IMG/VR virus record: IMGVR_UViG_3300009103_000001
Coordinates: 1 to 64,000 of that record
Direction: 5' to 3' (one strand)
Length of the DNA: 64,000 nucleotides
Position 1 is the stretch's first letter, and each line of letters opens with the position of its first letter. The position numbers were made by a program, and so were the translations under genes. Under the pieces are notes generated by a model. That model saw only the letters and a program-made list of their open reading frames with translations, was not told where the DNA came from and ran no database searches. Positions 10,083-19,553 of the stretch are shown in pieces.

Positions 10083-10577
10083 ATGAAAAGAATTAAATTA
10101 ACAGAACAACAATTTAAAAATATTTTAAACGAAGAAGATAAAAAAAATTATATGTTTTTTCAAAATCTAAATCAAATAAAAGGTCAAGTCGAAGAATTGT
10201 TATCAATGGATGGGTCTAAATTAGATAATATTTTATCGGATGGTCATGATTGGGCTTCGGACCATATTACAACAGCTAAAGATGATGTTGAAGAAGTTTA
10301 TCATTTTTTTAAACATGGTGAAACAATTAGAGAAAATAAGAGTGAACAAAAAGTAATACCGGAAGATTATAATAAAAAAGTATGGGAGTTTAGAATATCT
10401 TATAATAACGCGAAAGACAATCTAGAAGAAATTTTTAATGATATAATGGACACTGATGAGGTAACAGACCCTAATAAAGCTAAAGATATAATAATAGACC
10501 TTCTCCAACAAGTATATGATGAATATGTAGAAGATAACGATGAAGACAATAATTATACCCATAGCTTTGAATGGTAA
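10083..10577 (+). CDS. Leader-family variant protein
   Basis: MKRIKLTE...ILNEE; internal IRE. Confidence 0.7.
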   Translation: MKRIKLTEQQFKNILNEEDKKNYMFFQNLNQIKGQVEELLSMDGSKLDNILSDGHDWASDHITTAKDDVEEVYHFFKHGETIRENKSEQKVIPEDYNKKVWEFRISYNNAKDNLEEIFNDIMDTDEVTDPNKAKDIIIDLLQQVYDEYVEDNDEDNNYTHSFEW

Positions 10578-10589
10578 AATTTTAGAACA

Positions 10590-10871
10590 ATGATAAGAAA
10601 AATTATAATAGAAGAATTATTAAAGGAAGATTTTGATTTAATGAAAAATAGTGATATAAAAATATATGTATTAAAGTTTACTGATTATGATGGTAAGTAT
10701 GAAACAGATGTAGATACAAAGTATTTTGGTGATTATGATAAAGCTATTAAATATTTAGTAGATAATGGGTATGAAAAAAAAGATTGGCCAATTTATAACA
10801 ATGAATATGAACAATGGGGTAAAGATTATTCTTTATCAGCTAAATTATATACAAGAACATTAGAACAGTAA
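10590..10871 (+). CDS. Leader-family protein
   Basis: MIRKIIIEELLKEDFD. Confidence 0.75.
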   Translation: MIRKIIIEELLKEDFDLMKNSDIKIYVLKFTDYDGKYETDVDTKYFGDYDKAIKYLVDNGYEKKDWPIYNNEYEQWGKDYSLSAKLYTRTLEQ

Positions 10872-10879
10872 TAAGAATA

Positions 10880-11218
10880 ATGAATTTAAGAAAAATCATA
10901 CGAGAAGAGATTGAACCCCCAACTAATATAGATTGGATTAAGGATAATCAATTTAACTACATGAAAAATATATCTGATGAAGAAATTAAAAAAATTAAAT
11001 TAGATGAACTAAGGTGGTTAGAGGATAGTGTGAATTGTTATGGTTTAAGTGATACTTTATTTACAAAAGTATCCAGATGGAACAAAGTTCCACTTAGATT
11101 ACACAACGGAGAAAAAATATATGTTGACGATGTTTTAATAGTTGATTATAGATGTAAAAAGAAACCCATGTCAGCTAATAATCATAGGGTGGTGGACCCT
11201 AATATATATGATATATAA
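10880..11218 (+). CDS. Leader-family protein
   Basis: MNLRKIIREE...IDWIKD. Confidence 0.75.
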   Translation: MNLRKIIREEIEPPTNIDWIKDNQFNYMKNISDEEIKKIKLDELRWLEDSVNCYGLSDTLFTKVSRWNKVPLRLHNGEKIYVDDVLIVDYRCKKKPMSANNHRVVDPNIYDI

Positions 11219-11862
11219 TGAACTTAAAGAAACTTATACGAGAAGAAATAGATGATTTTGATTGGGTTGATGATGCTAATCAGCTAGGGGATTCAGAGTT
11301 TAGAAAAGCTGTGTTTGATTTACAAATAGAAAGAATGAAAAAATCTTTGTACGGACATCAAGAACAGATTGCTTCATGGGTACAAAGTGGTGTTGATGAT
11401 TATGAATCTGATGGCGTTACCAAAATAGGAGAAAGAGATATCAAACAATGGTTAAGAGATGATGCTGGTGAATCAGATATTTTTATTCCTGACTGTTGGG
11501 TCAGTGATAGGTACTTTGAAGAAGAGTATATTGACCCATTGTGGCAAAAATTTTCAGATGACACTTATGATAAATATTTTGCACCGAATGCACCAATGGC
11601 CTATAAAATTGGGAGAGTAAATGAAGCTCATAATCTTTTAGAAGAAGATGACTTTGATTGGGATGAAGTTTTAAGAAATCAACGAAATGAAGAAGATGAT
11701 AAGTATTATAGACTTGAACAAGATTTTAGTGAGTGTATAAGAAACTTACAAGAAAAGTATTCTCAAGGTGAGAATAAGATTGGATATGATTCATATGCGA
11801 CAATAGATGTTATGAAACAAATATTGCCACAATTATTAGATGAAATGTTCCAAGAATTATAA
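11218..11862 (+). CDS. Leader-family protein, acidic
   Basis: MNLKKLIREEIDDFDWVDD; internal LLEEDDFDW. Confidence 0.75.
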   Translation: MNLKKLIREEIDDFDWVDDANQLGDSEFRKAVFDLQIERMKKSLYGHQEQIASWVQSGVDDYESDGVTKIGERDIKQWLRDDAGESDIFIPDCWVSDRYFEEEYIDPLWQKFSDDTYDKYFAPNAPMAYKIGRVNEAHNLLEEDDFDWDEVLRNQRNEEDDKYYRLEQDFSECIRNLQEKYSQGENKIGYDSYATIDVMKQILPQLLDEMFQEL

Positions 11863-11880
11863 TAAATAAAAAACATAAAA

Positions 11881-12054
11881 ATGGAAAAAGTATTAGAAAT
11901 TTTAAAATCATGGTGGATTAATTCAGCTGCAACAGGATTATTAGGTGTATTGTTATTATCTTATGGATATAAACTATATGCTGGACTTGCTTTAGGTTGG
12001 GCTGCTTGTGCTACTATAGATAAATTAAAAAGTATGGCAACACCAAAAAAGTAA
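11881..12054 (+). CDS. Small two-TM membrane protein (57 aa, not in track)
   Basis: MEKVLEILKSWWINSAATGLLGVLLLSYGYKLYAGLALGWAACAT... Confidence 0.6.
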   Translation: MEKVLEILKSWWINSAATGLLGVLLLSYGYKLYAGLALGWAACATIDKLKSMATPKK

Positions 12055-15009
12055 TTGAGTAATTTGGTTAATAAAATATTGAGAGAGAATGCTTCAGAAA
12101 TTTATAAAATTTTTGAGGAAGCAGAATTTGACCCTTTTGGTCACATTATTGATAGTGCTAAAGAATCTGATGACCCAGAAGAATTAGATATTAATTTAGA
12201 AGAAGACTGTGTATTAGGTTTTTCAAATGGCAATTCAAAATTAGAGTGGCCTTATATTTCATTGCCTGCAGGGTATACCTGTCCTTTTGCTACTGTATGT
12301 AAAAATTTCCCCGCTAAATGGGAAGGACCGATTAAAGGTGGTAAATTTAAAAGACCATCTTCATGGGAGAAAAATGTTAAACCTGGTCCAGAAGCTAAAT
12401 TTATGTGTTATGCCGCAAGAGCACAAGGACAATATCCGGCAGCAAATGTACAAGTATTTAAAAACCTTAATCTTTTAAAATCAATGAAGACTAAAGAAAA
12501 AATGGCCAACCTTATTATAAAGTCAATGGAGTATCATGGTATAGACAATACAGATATATTTAGGATTCATGAGGCTGGTGATTTTTTTAATCAAGAATAT
12601 TTTGACGCATGGATTGAGGTCGCTAAGAAGATGCCACAGACATTATTTTATGCCTATACAGTGTCATTACCATTTTGGTTATCTAGAAGAAATGAGATAC
12701 CTAAAAACTTTAAATTGATTGCTTCTATGGATGAAAACAATGAACAAACAATATTAGATAATAATTTAAGATATTCAAAGGTGGTAAATGATGAGAATGA
12801 GGCTAAAGAATTGGGGTTACCTATAGATGTTGATGATATGGTAGCGTGGGGAACGGATGATAATTTTGCGTTACCTTTACATGGACCTCAACCAAAAGGT
12901 TCAGAAGCGGCTCAAGCACTTAAAAGAAATAAACAGTCTGGTTTATATGATAAAATAAAACAAGCCAAACAAACCAATCAAGCCAAAAAAAATACATTAA
13001 GAGATAAGTTAAGAAGAGAATTAAGGTCAGAATCTTTTATAAAAGAAAATGATTGGGATTGGGCAGAGTCAATATCAAACCCATTAGAGATTTCAGATGT
13101 CCCACAAAAGATTTGGATGTTGGATTTAACAAGAGAGGAACAGAAAAAAATATATGATTATTTAATTTCTTTAGGGTTTGAAGGAAATACAACTATTAAG
13201 GCTATTACCAAGTCAGATAAATATTTACAAAAATTAGCTGTTTTAATTTTAAATGTTGATAATAGGATTTATGTTGGTGATGAAGAGATTGTTGCTCTAT
13301 CAAGAGGCGAAGAAAAACCAAGACCAAAAGGAAAATTAGGTCATTTGTCTTTTTATAGTGGGGGTAAAGAGAGTCAACGAAAACAACACTTAGAACAATT
13401 AAAGGATTCTTGGGAAAATAGTTATGGTGGTTATTTAGAAATCGACCCAAAAGACTTATTAGATTTAGTCGATAATAACTTAAGTGAAGACATAAAGTAT
13501 ATGGCCGATAATGATGGTTTAGATTGGATAATGGATACTGAACCAAGTGATTTTGGTTATGGGGTTTATGACTCACTTAAAGATGCTGTTATATCACAAT
13601 TAGGTGATTACGATAATATTTCTATTGAAGACACCGTGGTGTTTGAAGGTGATAATTTTACTGTCTATAGGGTAGAGATACAATCAGGTCGTGAAATAGT
13701 AACATTAAAAAATAATAGAACTAATAAAAATTTTCAAATAGTTCTTCACAACCCAATTCCACCAGAGTGGGAAAAAGAGCTTCCACCTTTAGATGAAGAC
13801 CTAGAATATTGGGGTGTTAGGGGTGATAAAATGGGCCCTATAAAGGAAGATGATGAGGTAACATCATTAAAAGGACATAGAGACTATGATAATTGGGTTT
13901 TTATTCATAGAAATTTACATAGACCACCCTATTATTCAATTAAAGCAGGGAGAAGTGGGGGACCAGTCATTGGTTATGATACTGATATATGGTTAGAAGA
14001 TGTTACATTTAAAGTACAAGCAGGCGGAAGAGATAGGACTAGAAAAGAAATGAGAAAAAATGTTCATGCCGGTGTTGTGGGTAAAATTAAAGATTCTGGT
14101 GGTAGTTATGATACAAGTGGTTGGGTGTTGGTGACTTATAATCCATATCAACATGATTCATTCGTTGAATATGAAACTGGCATACCAATACATAACGCTA
14201 AAGAAGCAATATTAAAAAACGAAAAAGAAGTTTGGATAAAACAAGATAAAAATAATATAAATGAAGAATTCAGTTGGTTATTAACTGCTGGTGCCATTTT
14301 TTCACTCTATAAATTTTTTAAGGGAGCTCTTAAATCTAGAAATAATAGTAACCCAGAAGATGAAAAAATAAGAAGAAAATTATGGAATTTAAATATATAT
14401 ATTCGTGATTTTTTAAAAGATGGTGGTAAATTAAAATACGAAGAGAATCCTTGGTTCCACGTTTTTGAAATTGGTGAAGTAACTATAAAAATAAATAAAG
14501 AAAATAATACAATGTTTTGGACTAATTTGGTTCCAGGGAAATTTTTGAAGTATAAGCCAGGTAAAAGAACAGAATTTACTGACATTGGTTGGGATGAACA
14601 CGAATTTACAGAATCAATACAAATGTCCCAAGAAGAAATTGATGAATTAGTTAGTGCAATAAAAGAAGACTTAAAAGAAGATTTAAAAGAAAATAAAAGT
14701 GACTTTGATTGGGTGGATGATAGACCACAACCATCTACTGGTGAGATAGAATTAAAAGTATATTTAAAACCACATTGGTATGAGGGTAGGAATGAATATA
14801 TGTTATTAGAATGGATGATATCTTTTGAAAATATGGAACAATTTTTATCAGATGTGAAAGATTATGTGATTGAAGCTGTTGAAGGATATGATATACCATT
14901 AATGAATATAGGTATAAATGGTTGGGGAGCATTAAATAGATACCCCTCAGAAACAAAAGAATTAAAAGATGGTATAGCTAAAATAGTAAAAATGGCTAAA
15001 AAGTTATGA
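12055..15009 (+). CDS. Leader-family multi-module protein with Gp88-like Cys/Fe-S domain
   Basis: SLPAGYTCPFA..C...CYA...FRIHEAGDFF..EYFDAW...FYAYT; several I/L-x-E..DW linkers; KNVHAGVVG module. Confidence 0.7.
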   Translation: MSNLVNKILRENASEIYKIFEEAEFDPFGHIIDSAKESDDPEELDINLEEDCVLGFSNGNSKLEWPYISLPAGYTCPFATVCKNFPAKWEGPIKGGKFKRPSSWEKNVKPGPEAKFMCYAARAQGQYPAANVQVFKNLNLLKSMKTKEKMANLIIKSMEYHGIDNTDIFRIHEAGDFFNQEYFDAWIEVAKKMPQTLFYAYTVSLPFWLSRRNEIPKNFKLIASMDENNEQTILDNNLRYSKVVNDENEAKELGLPIDVDDMVAWGTDDNFALPLHGPQPKGSEAAQALKRNKQSGLYDKIKQAKQTNQAKKNTLRDKLRRELRSESFIKENDWDWAESISNPLEISDVPQKIWMLDLTREEQKKIYDYLISLGFEGNTTIKAITKSDKYLQKLAVLILNVDNRIYVGDEEIVALSRGEEKPRPKGKLGHLSFYSGGKESQRKQHLEQLKDSWENSYGGYLEIDPKDLLDLVDNNLSEDIKYMADNDGLDWIMDTEPSDFGYGVYDSLKDAVISQLGDYDNISIEDTVVFEGDNFTVYRVEIQSGREIVTLKNNRTNKNFQIVLHNPIPPEWEKELPPLDEDLEYWGVRGDKMGPIKEDDEVTSLKGHRDYDNWVFIHRNLHRPPYYSIKAGRSGGPVIGYDTDIWLEDVTFKVQAGGRDRTRKEMRKNVHAGVVGKIKDSGGSYDTSGWVLVTYNPYQHDSFVEYETGIPIHNAKEAILKNEKEVWIKQDKNNINEEFSWLLTAGAIFSLYKFFKGALKSRNNSNPEDEKIRRKLWNLNIYIRDFLKDGGKLKYEENPWFHVFEIGEVTIKINKENNTMFWTNLVPGKFLKYKPGKRTEFTDIGWDEHEFTESIQMSQEEIDELVSAIKEDLKEDLKENKSDFDWVDDRPQPSTGEIELKVYLKPHWYEGRNEYMLLEWMISFENMEQFLSDVKDYVIEAVEGYDIPLMNIGINGWGALNRYPSETKELKDGIAKIVKMAKKL

Positions 15010-15476
15010 AAAATCTAATTAGAAAAATATTAAAAGAAGCGAGAGAACCCATAAATGGGTATTCTATACCTAATAAGTGGATTGACGGCAATAAGTTACA
15101 AACTTTTGAATCTAAAGGTATTAAATATCGTGTAATATATCCTTGGGACAATGAAAGAAATGGTAGAATAGTTATGCAAGTAATACCTTATGATGGTAAA
15201 GATATAGCTATTTATGATGAATATAAGAAGGTATCAAATAATCCTTATGCTCAAGAAAAATATTATGAAGATGGTACAATATATGAATGGACCAAAGAAA
15301 GTGGTGAAAAATTATTCAATCAATTAAATTCTTTTGTTGGTTCTAACCATGATTGGTATGTACATAAATTTGAAGAAGAATTTGGGTTAATTATTTATAT
15401 AGGTATGAATATTTTTGAACTGGTTGAAGATTTTTTACATATAGCTGATGATGGAGACCCATTTAATAAATTATAG
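15006..15476 (+). CDS. Leader-family protein
   Basis: MKNLIRKILKEA. Confidence 0.75.
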   Translation: MKNLIRKILKEAREPINGYSIPNKWIDGNKLQTFESKGIKYRVIYPWDNERNGRIVMQVIPYDGKDIAIYDEYKKVSNNPYAQEKYYEDGTIYEWTKESGEKLFNQLNSFVGSNHDWYVHKFEEEFGLIIYIGMNIFELVEDFLHIADDGDPFNKL

Positions 15477-15521
15477 AATATATACATATTTTTTTTGTAA
15501 TTCAAAGGTATATTTATAGGT

Positions 15522-15731
15522 ATGGCATTACCAATTAAATTTAAAGAATTTGTTAAAGACCCAGTTAAAGGTATTTTATTTTTAGCATTAATCGCAATAA
15601 TGTATTTATACATTGATAATAAAATGGTATATGTTAACCAAATAGAAAAACAAGAACAAAGAATAGAAAAACTTGAAAAACAAGTTGAAGAATTACAAGA
15701 AAAATTATTAAAGGTTGTATCAGAAGATTAA
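15522..15731 (+). CDS. Small TM plus coiled-coil protein (possibly lysis-related)
   Basis: One TM segment and a heptad tail; follows ATATTTATA. Confidence 0.55.
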   Translation: MALPIKFKEFVKDPVKGILFLALIAIMYLYIDNKMVYVNQIEKQEQRIEKLEKQVEELQEKLLKVVSED

Positions 15732-16328
15732 ATGAAAGATAATATTCAAATAATAATTGTTATACTATTAGTAGCATCATTTTTAGGTTTTTTGATTGTA
15801 TACGAAAAAACTCATTTAGTCGCACCAATACAAAAAGAGGTTGAGTCTGTTAAAGAAGAAATATCTAAAAACGATTCAATATTTCAGATGGTAGATAGAA
15901 AATGGGCAGAACAAAAAATACATAAACAAAAAACAGAACACGAAATGGATTCTTTAATGGAGACTTTGGATGGTAAAAAATTAACAATAGAGTTAATGGA
16001 AGGAATTAAAGAAAAGTTTATTAAAGCAAAAAAAGAATGTGATAGAAAAAGTGTTGTCATAGATAGTTTAACTAATAGATATATAGAAGATACTAAAAAA
16101 CTACAAACAGAATTAAGTGATGTGCATTTAGATTTAATAGGAGCGGAACAAAGAATTGAAAAATTATTAGAGAGAGAAATAAAAATAATAAATTCTTATT
16201 CACATAAAGTAGATTCATTAGAATTAAAGTTAAGTGAATTTATAGATATTGATGATGTCCCTACAATTATAGTTGACACCGATTCAGACAGAAAAAAGAA
16301 AAAAAGGTCTAAAAAAAATAAAAATTAA
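15732..16328 (+). CDS. Membrane-anchored coiled-coil protein
   Basis: N-terminal TM, long helical region, basic C-terminus. Confidence 0.6.
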   Translation: MKDNIQIIIVILLVASFLGFLIVYEKTHLVAPIQKEVESVKEEISKNDSIFQMVDRKWAEQKIHKQKTEHEMDSLMETLDGKKLTIELMEGIKEKFIKAKKECDRKSVVIDSLTNRYIEDTKKLQTELSDVHLDLIGAEQRIEKLLEREIKIINSYSHKVDSLELKLSEFIDIDDVPTIIVDTDSDRKKKKRSKKNKN

Positions 16329-16365
16329 AGTTTACCAATAAAAATATTTTCTTTAAAATTATTAA

Positions 16366-16608
16366 ATGAGAAAATATTATAGAAAAAACGAACATTATTA
16401 TTCAGTAGATGAAACACATATTTTACACGTAAAATATGGTAAATGTGTTAATACTATACCTTCAATAGAAGATTTTTACAAACAAATAAGTATTGGAGAA
16501 GAAATAAATGAAGAATCTTTTATTTGGGCTTTAAAAAATACATTAAATACATTATTCTTTAATAATAAACAACTAGAAAAGTTAAATACGTTAAAACATA
16601 AATTTTAA
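16366..16608 (+). CDS. Hypothetical protein
   Basis: ORF track. Confidence 0.55.
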   Translation: MRKYYRKNEHYYSVDETHILHVKYGKCVNTIPSIEDFYKQISIGEEINEESFIWALKNTLNTLFFNNKQLEKLNTLKHKF

Positions 16609-16611
16609 AAC

Positions 16612-16788
16612 ATGCCAAAATCAAGACATAGAAAGAACCATAAAAAAAAGGTAAAAGCGAGAAGATTAAGATTAGAACAAAAAAGAAGTTCCTTTTATAA
16701 AAAATTACAAGAAGCTTATGGTAAAGAAATGGCAGAGAAATTAAAGGAACAAGGTGGTTTAGACGAAGACCCAAATAATATAGAGTAA
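16612..16788 (+). CDS. Small basic protein (58 aa, not in track)
   Basis: MPKSRHRKNHKKKVKARR... Confidence 0.6.
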   Translation: MPKSRHRKNHKKKVKARRLRLEQKRSSFYKKLQEAYGKEMAEKLKEQGGLDEDPNNIE

Positions 16789-16799
16789 AAAAATTAAAT

Positions 16800-17438
16800 A
16801 TGGAAAATATTGTCACCAACTATGAAATAAAAGAAAAAAAAGTATTACATAAAGGTTTTATTGATGTAAAAGAATACACTATTAGTGATGGTGAAACAGA
16901 GGTAAAAAGAGAAATTATAGAATCCCCAAATTCGGTTTCAGCAATTATATATAACACTAACACTAAAAAATATATATTTGTAGAACAATATAGAGCAGGT
17001 TCTAACGGTATAATGGTTGAGGTTGTCTCTGGTGAAATAGAAAAATCTGAAAAACCTGAACAAACAATTAAAAGAAAAGTAATGGAAGAAACGGGTTATA
17101 AAGTAGATTATAGTAACCATATTACCGATTTTTACATATCTCCAAATAAGATGTCACAAATAATATCTATTTTTTATTGTGAAGTAAGTGAAAAAATTAA
17201 TGAAGGTATAAATAATAACACATCTATTGTGGAAGTAGAAAAATTAGGTTTAGGTGGTAAACTATTTTTCGAAGACCCATCAACAATAGATATGTCCGCA
17301 GATAAAGAAAATAATTTTTTACCACCATACCAATTAATTGATGCAAAATCTTTGGTTTCTGTAATGTGGTTAGAAAATAGTAATACATTAAAAAACATGG
17401 CTGATGTTATAACACAAGCTAAAATTAGGTCATTATAA
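16800..17438 (+). CDS. Nudix hydrolase, ADP-ribose pyrophosphatase-like
   Basis: REIIES.NSV, VEQYR, GEIEKSEKPEQTIKRKVMEETGY (RE changed to RK). Confidence 0.8.
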   Translation: MENIVTNYEIKEKKVLHKGFIDVKEYTISDGETEVKREIIESPNSVSAIIYNTNTKKYIFVEQYRAGSNGIMVEVVSGEIEKSEKPEQTIKRKVMEETGYKVDYSNHITDFYISPNKMSQIISIFYCEVSEKINEGINNNTSIVEVEKLGLGGKLFFEDPSTIDMSADKENNFLPPYQLIDAKSLVSVMWLENSNTLKNMADVITQAKIRSL

Positions 17439-18106
17439 TGGAAGATGTTTTACCAATATTTTTTAATGTTAACACACAAAAAGATTTTTTTATAGGTTCT
17501 TATAAGATACCTACCTCGGAACATATCTTAAATAATTTAAATGATTTAACACAATATGCTAAATTAAATAATATAAAAGTTATTAATTCAGCTGGATGGT
17601 ATACTGAAGACTCTAAACATCTTTCAGATAATCCAGATTATGTTAAAACTTTTCCTAAACATTGTTTAATAGATAGTGCTGGGGCTATTTTTTTAAGAGA
17701 AACTTCACCAGAAAAATATTTTTTAATGGATTGGAATAATCCTACTGGTATGCAATTTAATTTAATACATTCAAATAATAATATTATAGTAACTAAAAAA
17801 AATATGGATTTTTTTGAAGGTAATAGTTATTCTGAAATGTTAATACATAATTTAGGTGTACCAATAAAACAAAGACCTTTATTTTTAGTATATGGAATAG
17901 ATGTTGGACCAACAGTGTTAGGTTTATTAAAAAGAGGTTATTCGGTACAAGTGGTTGAAGATGCCAATAGAACATTACAGGGATTACCATTTAAAAGGGA
18001 TGATATTCTAGAACAAAAACAAAATTTATACCCAGACCAAATTCAGTCTATTTCTGATGAAACACCATTAAAATTTATTAAAACAAAAGAAGTATTATCA
18101 CTATGA
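17438..18106 (+). CDS. Nicotinamidase/isochorismatase-fold protein, catalytic residues degenerate
   Basis: NVNTQKDFF, FPKHC, GLLKRGYSVQVVEDA; nucleophile Cys segment absent. Confidence 0.7.
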   Translation: MEDVLPIFFNVNTQKDFFIGSYKIPTSEHILNNLNDLTQYAKLNNIKVINSAGWYTEDSKHLSDNPDYVKTFPKHCLIDSAGAIFLRETSPEKYFLMDWNNPTGMQFNLIHSNNNIIVTKKNMDFFEGNSYSEMLIHNLGVPIKQRPLFLVYGIDVGPTVLGLLKRGYSVQVVEDANRTLQGLPFKRDDILEQKQNLYPDQIQSISDETPLKFIKTKEVLSL

Positions 18107-18726
18107 ACCAAGAAGACCAAGAAGATATTTTAAATGTTGTACAAAGATGGGAACCTTTGGGTTTATTAGATGGTTTACCCATTTTAGAAAAAACTGAATT
18201 AGCGGTAATATATGATAATGCTACTAGATTAATGTTATCAGAGATATCTATTAAAAAAATACCTAAAAGCGTTTCAGATATTTTCGATAATGTATTATTA
18301 CCAATATGTAGAAGATTATATAAAAGAGTTGGACCTAATTTTGAATTAGATTTGATGTTAAGTTCATTATTGGATGTTATTAATGAACGTAAGGGTGAAA
18401 TACTTAAAGTAGACCCAAAAGAACCAGAAAAAAATCCTATTGTAAGTTTTTGTATTGAATTTGCGGATAGTTATGAAGATGATACTACAAATAAAAATAT
18501 ATTAACAGATGAAGAATATGGTAATAAAATAGAAAAAATTTTATCATCATTAAAAAATGTTTTGTTAAATGATAATATTATTTCATGGGTAGATTCTAGT
18601 GATGGTGAATATAAAATTAATTTATCAAAAGCTAAAAAAACAAAACAACAAACTAGATTTTATAACCAATCAGTAGCTAAAAATTTATTAAATTCAGCTT
18701 TATCGGAGATTAATAAAGGTATTTAA
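18103..18726 (+). CDS. Hypothetical protein, N-terminus resembling a T4-gp23-type capsid protein leader region
   Basis: RWEPLGLLDGL....KTELAVIYDN...VLLPICRRLY. Confidence 0.5.
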   Translation: MNQEDQEDILNVVQRWEPLGLLDGLPILEKTELAVIYDNATRLMLSEISIKKIPKSVSDIFDNVLLPICRRLYKRVGPNFELDLMLSSLLDVINERKGEILKVDPKEPEKNPIVSFCIEFADSYEDDTTNKNILTDEEYGNKIEKILSSLKNVLLNDNIISWVDSSDGEYKINLSKAKKTKQQTRFYNQSVAKNLLNSALSEINKGI

Positions 18727-18917
18727 CTTTTATTATTTATGTGTTCTCTCATTTTATTTATTTGTTTATCTATTTCCAAGTTTAAATATTTTATGGTCTC
18801 GTCATCATCAGTTTTATGTAACCATTCTTTAAGCCTTTCAATATTATCGATATAATTTTGTAATACTTTATAATAGTCACTATCTTCCATTAAATTTTTT
18901 AATATAAATATTGACAC
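18723..18917 (-). CDS. Small hypothetical protein (start may be ATG 18890)
   Basis: ORF track. Confidence 0.4.
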   Translation of the reverse strand: MSIFILKNLMEDSDYYKVLQNYIDNIERLKEWLHKTDDDETIKYLNLEIDKQINKMREHINNKS

Positions 18918-18939
18918 TTAGTTAGATTATTACTATAAT
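18911..18939 (+). promoter_or_regulatory. Consensus sigma70-like promoter
   Basis: TTGACA-17 nt-TATAAT, 14 nt before the tRNA-like gene. Confidence 0.75.
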
Positions 18940-18952
18940 TTAAATATTAAAT

Positions 18953-19023
18953 GCGGGTGTAGCTTAATATAAAGAGCGTTCAACATCCAGTTGGAAGGTG
19001 AAGGTTACTCCTATCCACCCGCT
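18953..19023 (+). tRNA. tRNA-Gly(UCC)-like, degenerate T-arm
   Basis: Acceptor GCGGGTG/CACCCGC; D-stem GCTT/GAGC; anticodon stem TTCAA/TTGGA with loop CATCCAG; no GGTTCGA. Confidence 0.7.
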
Positions 19024-19038
19024 CTAAAAACTCTTTAA

Positions 19039-19326
19039 ATGAAAAAATATAAATTAAGAAGTGGTTCAGATATACATTTAGATTCATTAGATAATGTTAT
19101 ACATAATTCTGATTTTGATTCTGTATTAGGAAAAATAAATTCAGAATTTAGATTCATCCCTAATGGTAAAATATGTTTAGAACAAGGATTAACATCAGAA
19201 ATGTTAATTGCTATAACAGAAGTAATAAAAGAAAAAGCTGGTATAGGTAAAAAGAAAGATGATTATATTACTGACATCATTAAGGGAAAAGACACATCCA
19301 AAACGGAAAAAGAACTCTGTGGATAA
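19039..19326 (+). CDS. Hypothetical protein
   Basis: ORF track. Confidence 0.6.
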   Translation: MKKYKLRSGSDIHLDSLDNVIHNSDFDSVLGKINSEFRFIPNGKICLEQGLTSEMLIAITEVIKEKAGIGKKKDDYITDIIKGKDTSKTEKELCG

Positions 19327-19541
19327 TGGAAAACCTTTATTATAAAATATCTAATTTAGATTTAGATATTAAATTTAAGAAGAATACCCATAAATATAAT
19401 AATGAGGAAAAACACTTCCCAAAAATAGTAGAAATAATACATAAAGGTGATGATATCACAGAGTTAATCGATAGAAATCTACTAGAATCAATCCAATCAG
19501 ACATTTATAAAAAAATAAATAACATTAACACTAATGATTGA
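19326..19541 (+). CDS. Hypothetical protein
   Basis: ORF track. Confidence 0.55.
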   Translation: MENLYYKISNLDLDIKFKKNTHKYNNEEKHFPKIVEIIHKGDDITELIDRNLLESIQSDIYKKINNINTND

Positions 19542-19553
19542 TATTTATATCAT

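Noticed and set aside
15522-16328. Holin/spanin assignment
   Set aside because: Topology is suggestive, but there is no adjacent endolysin or embedded lipoprotein, so the genes are left as hypothetical.
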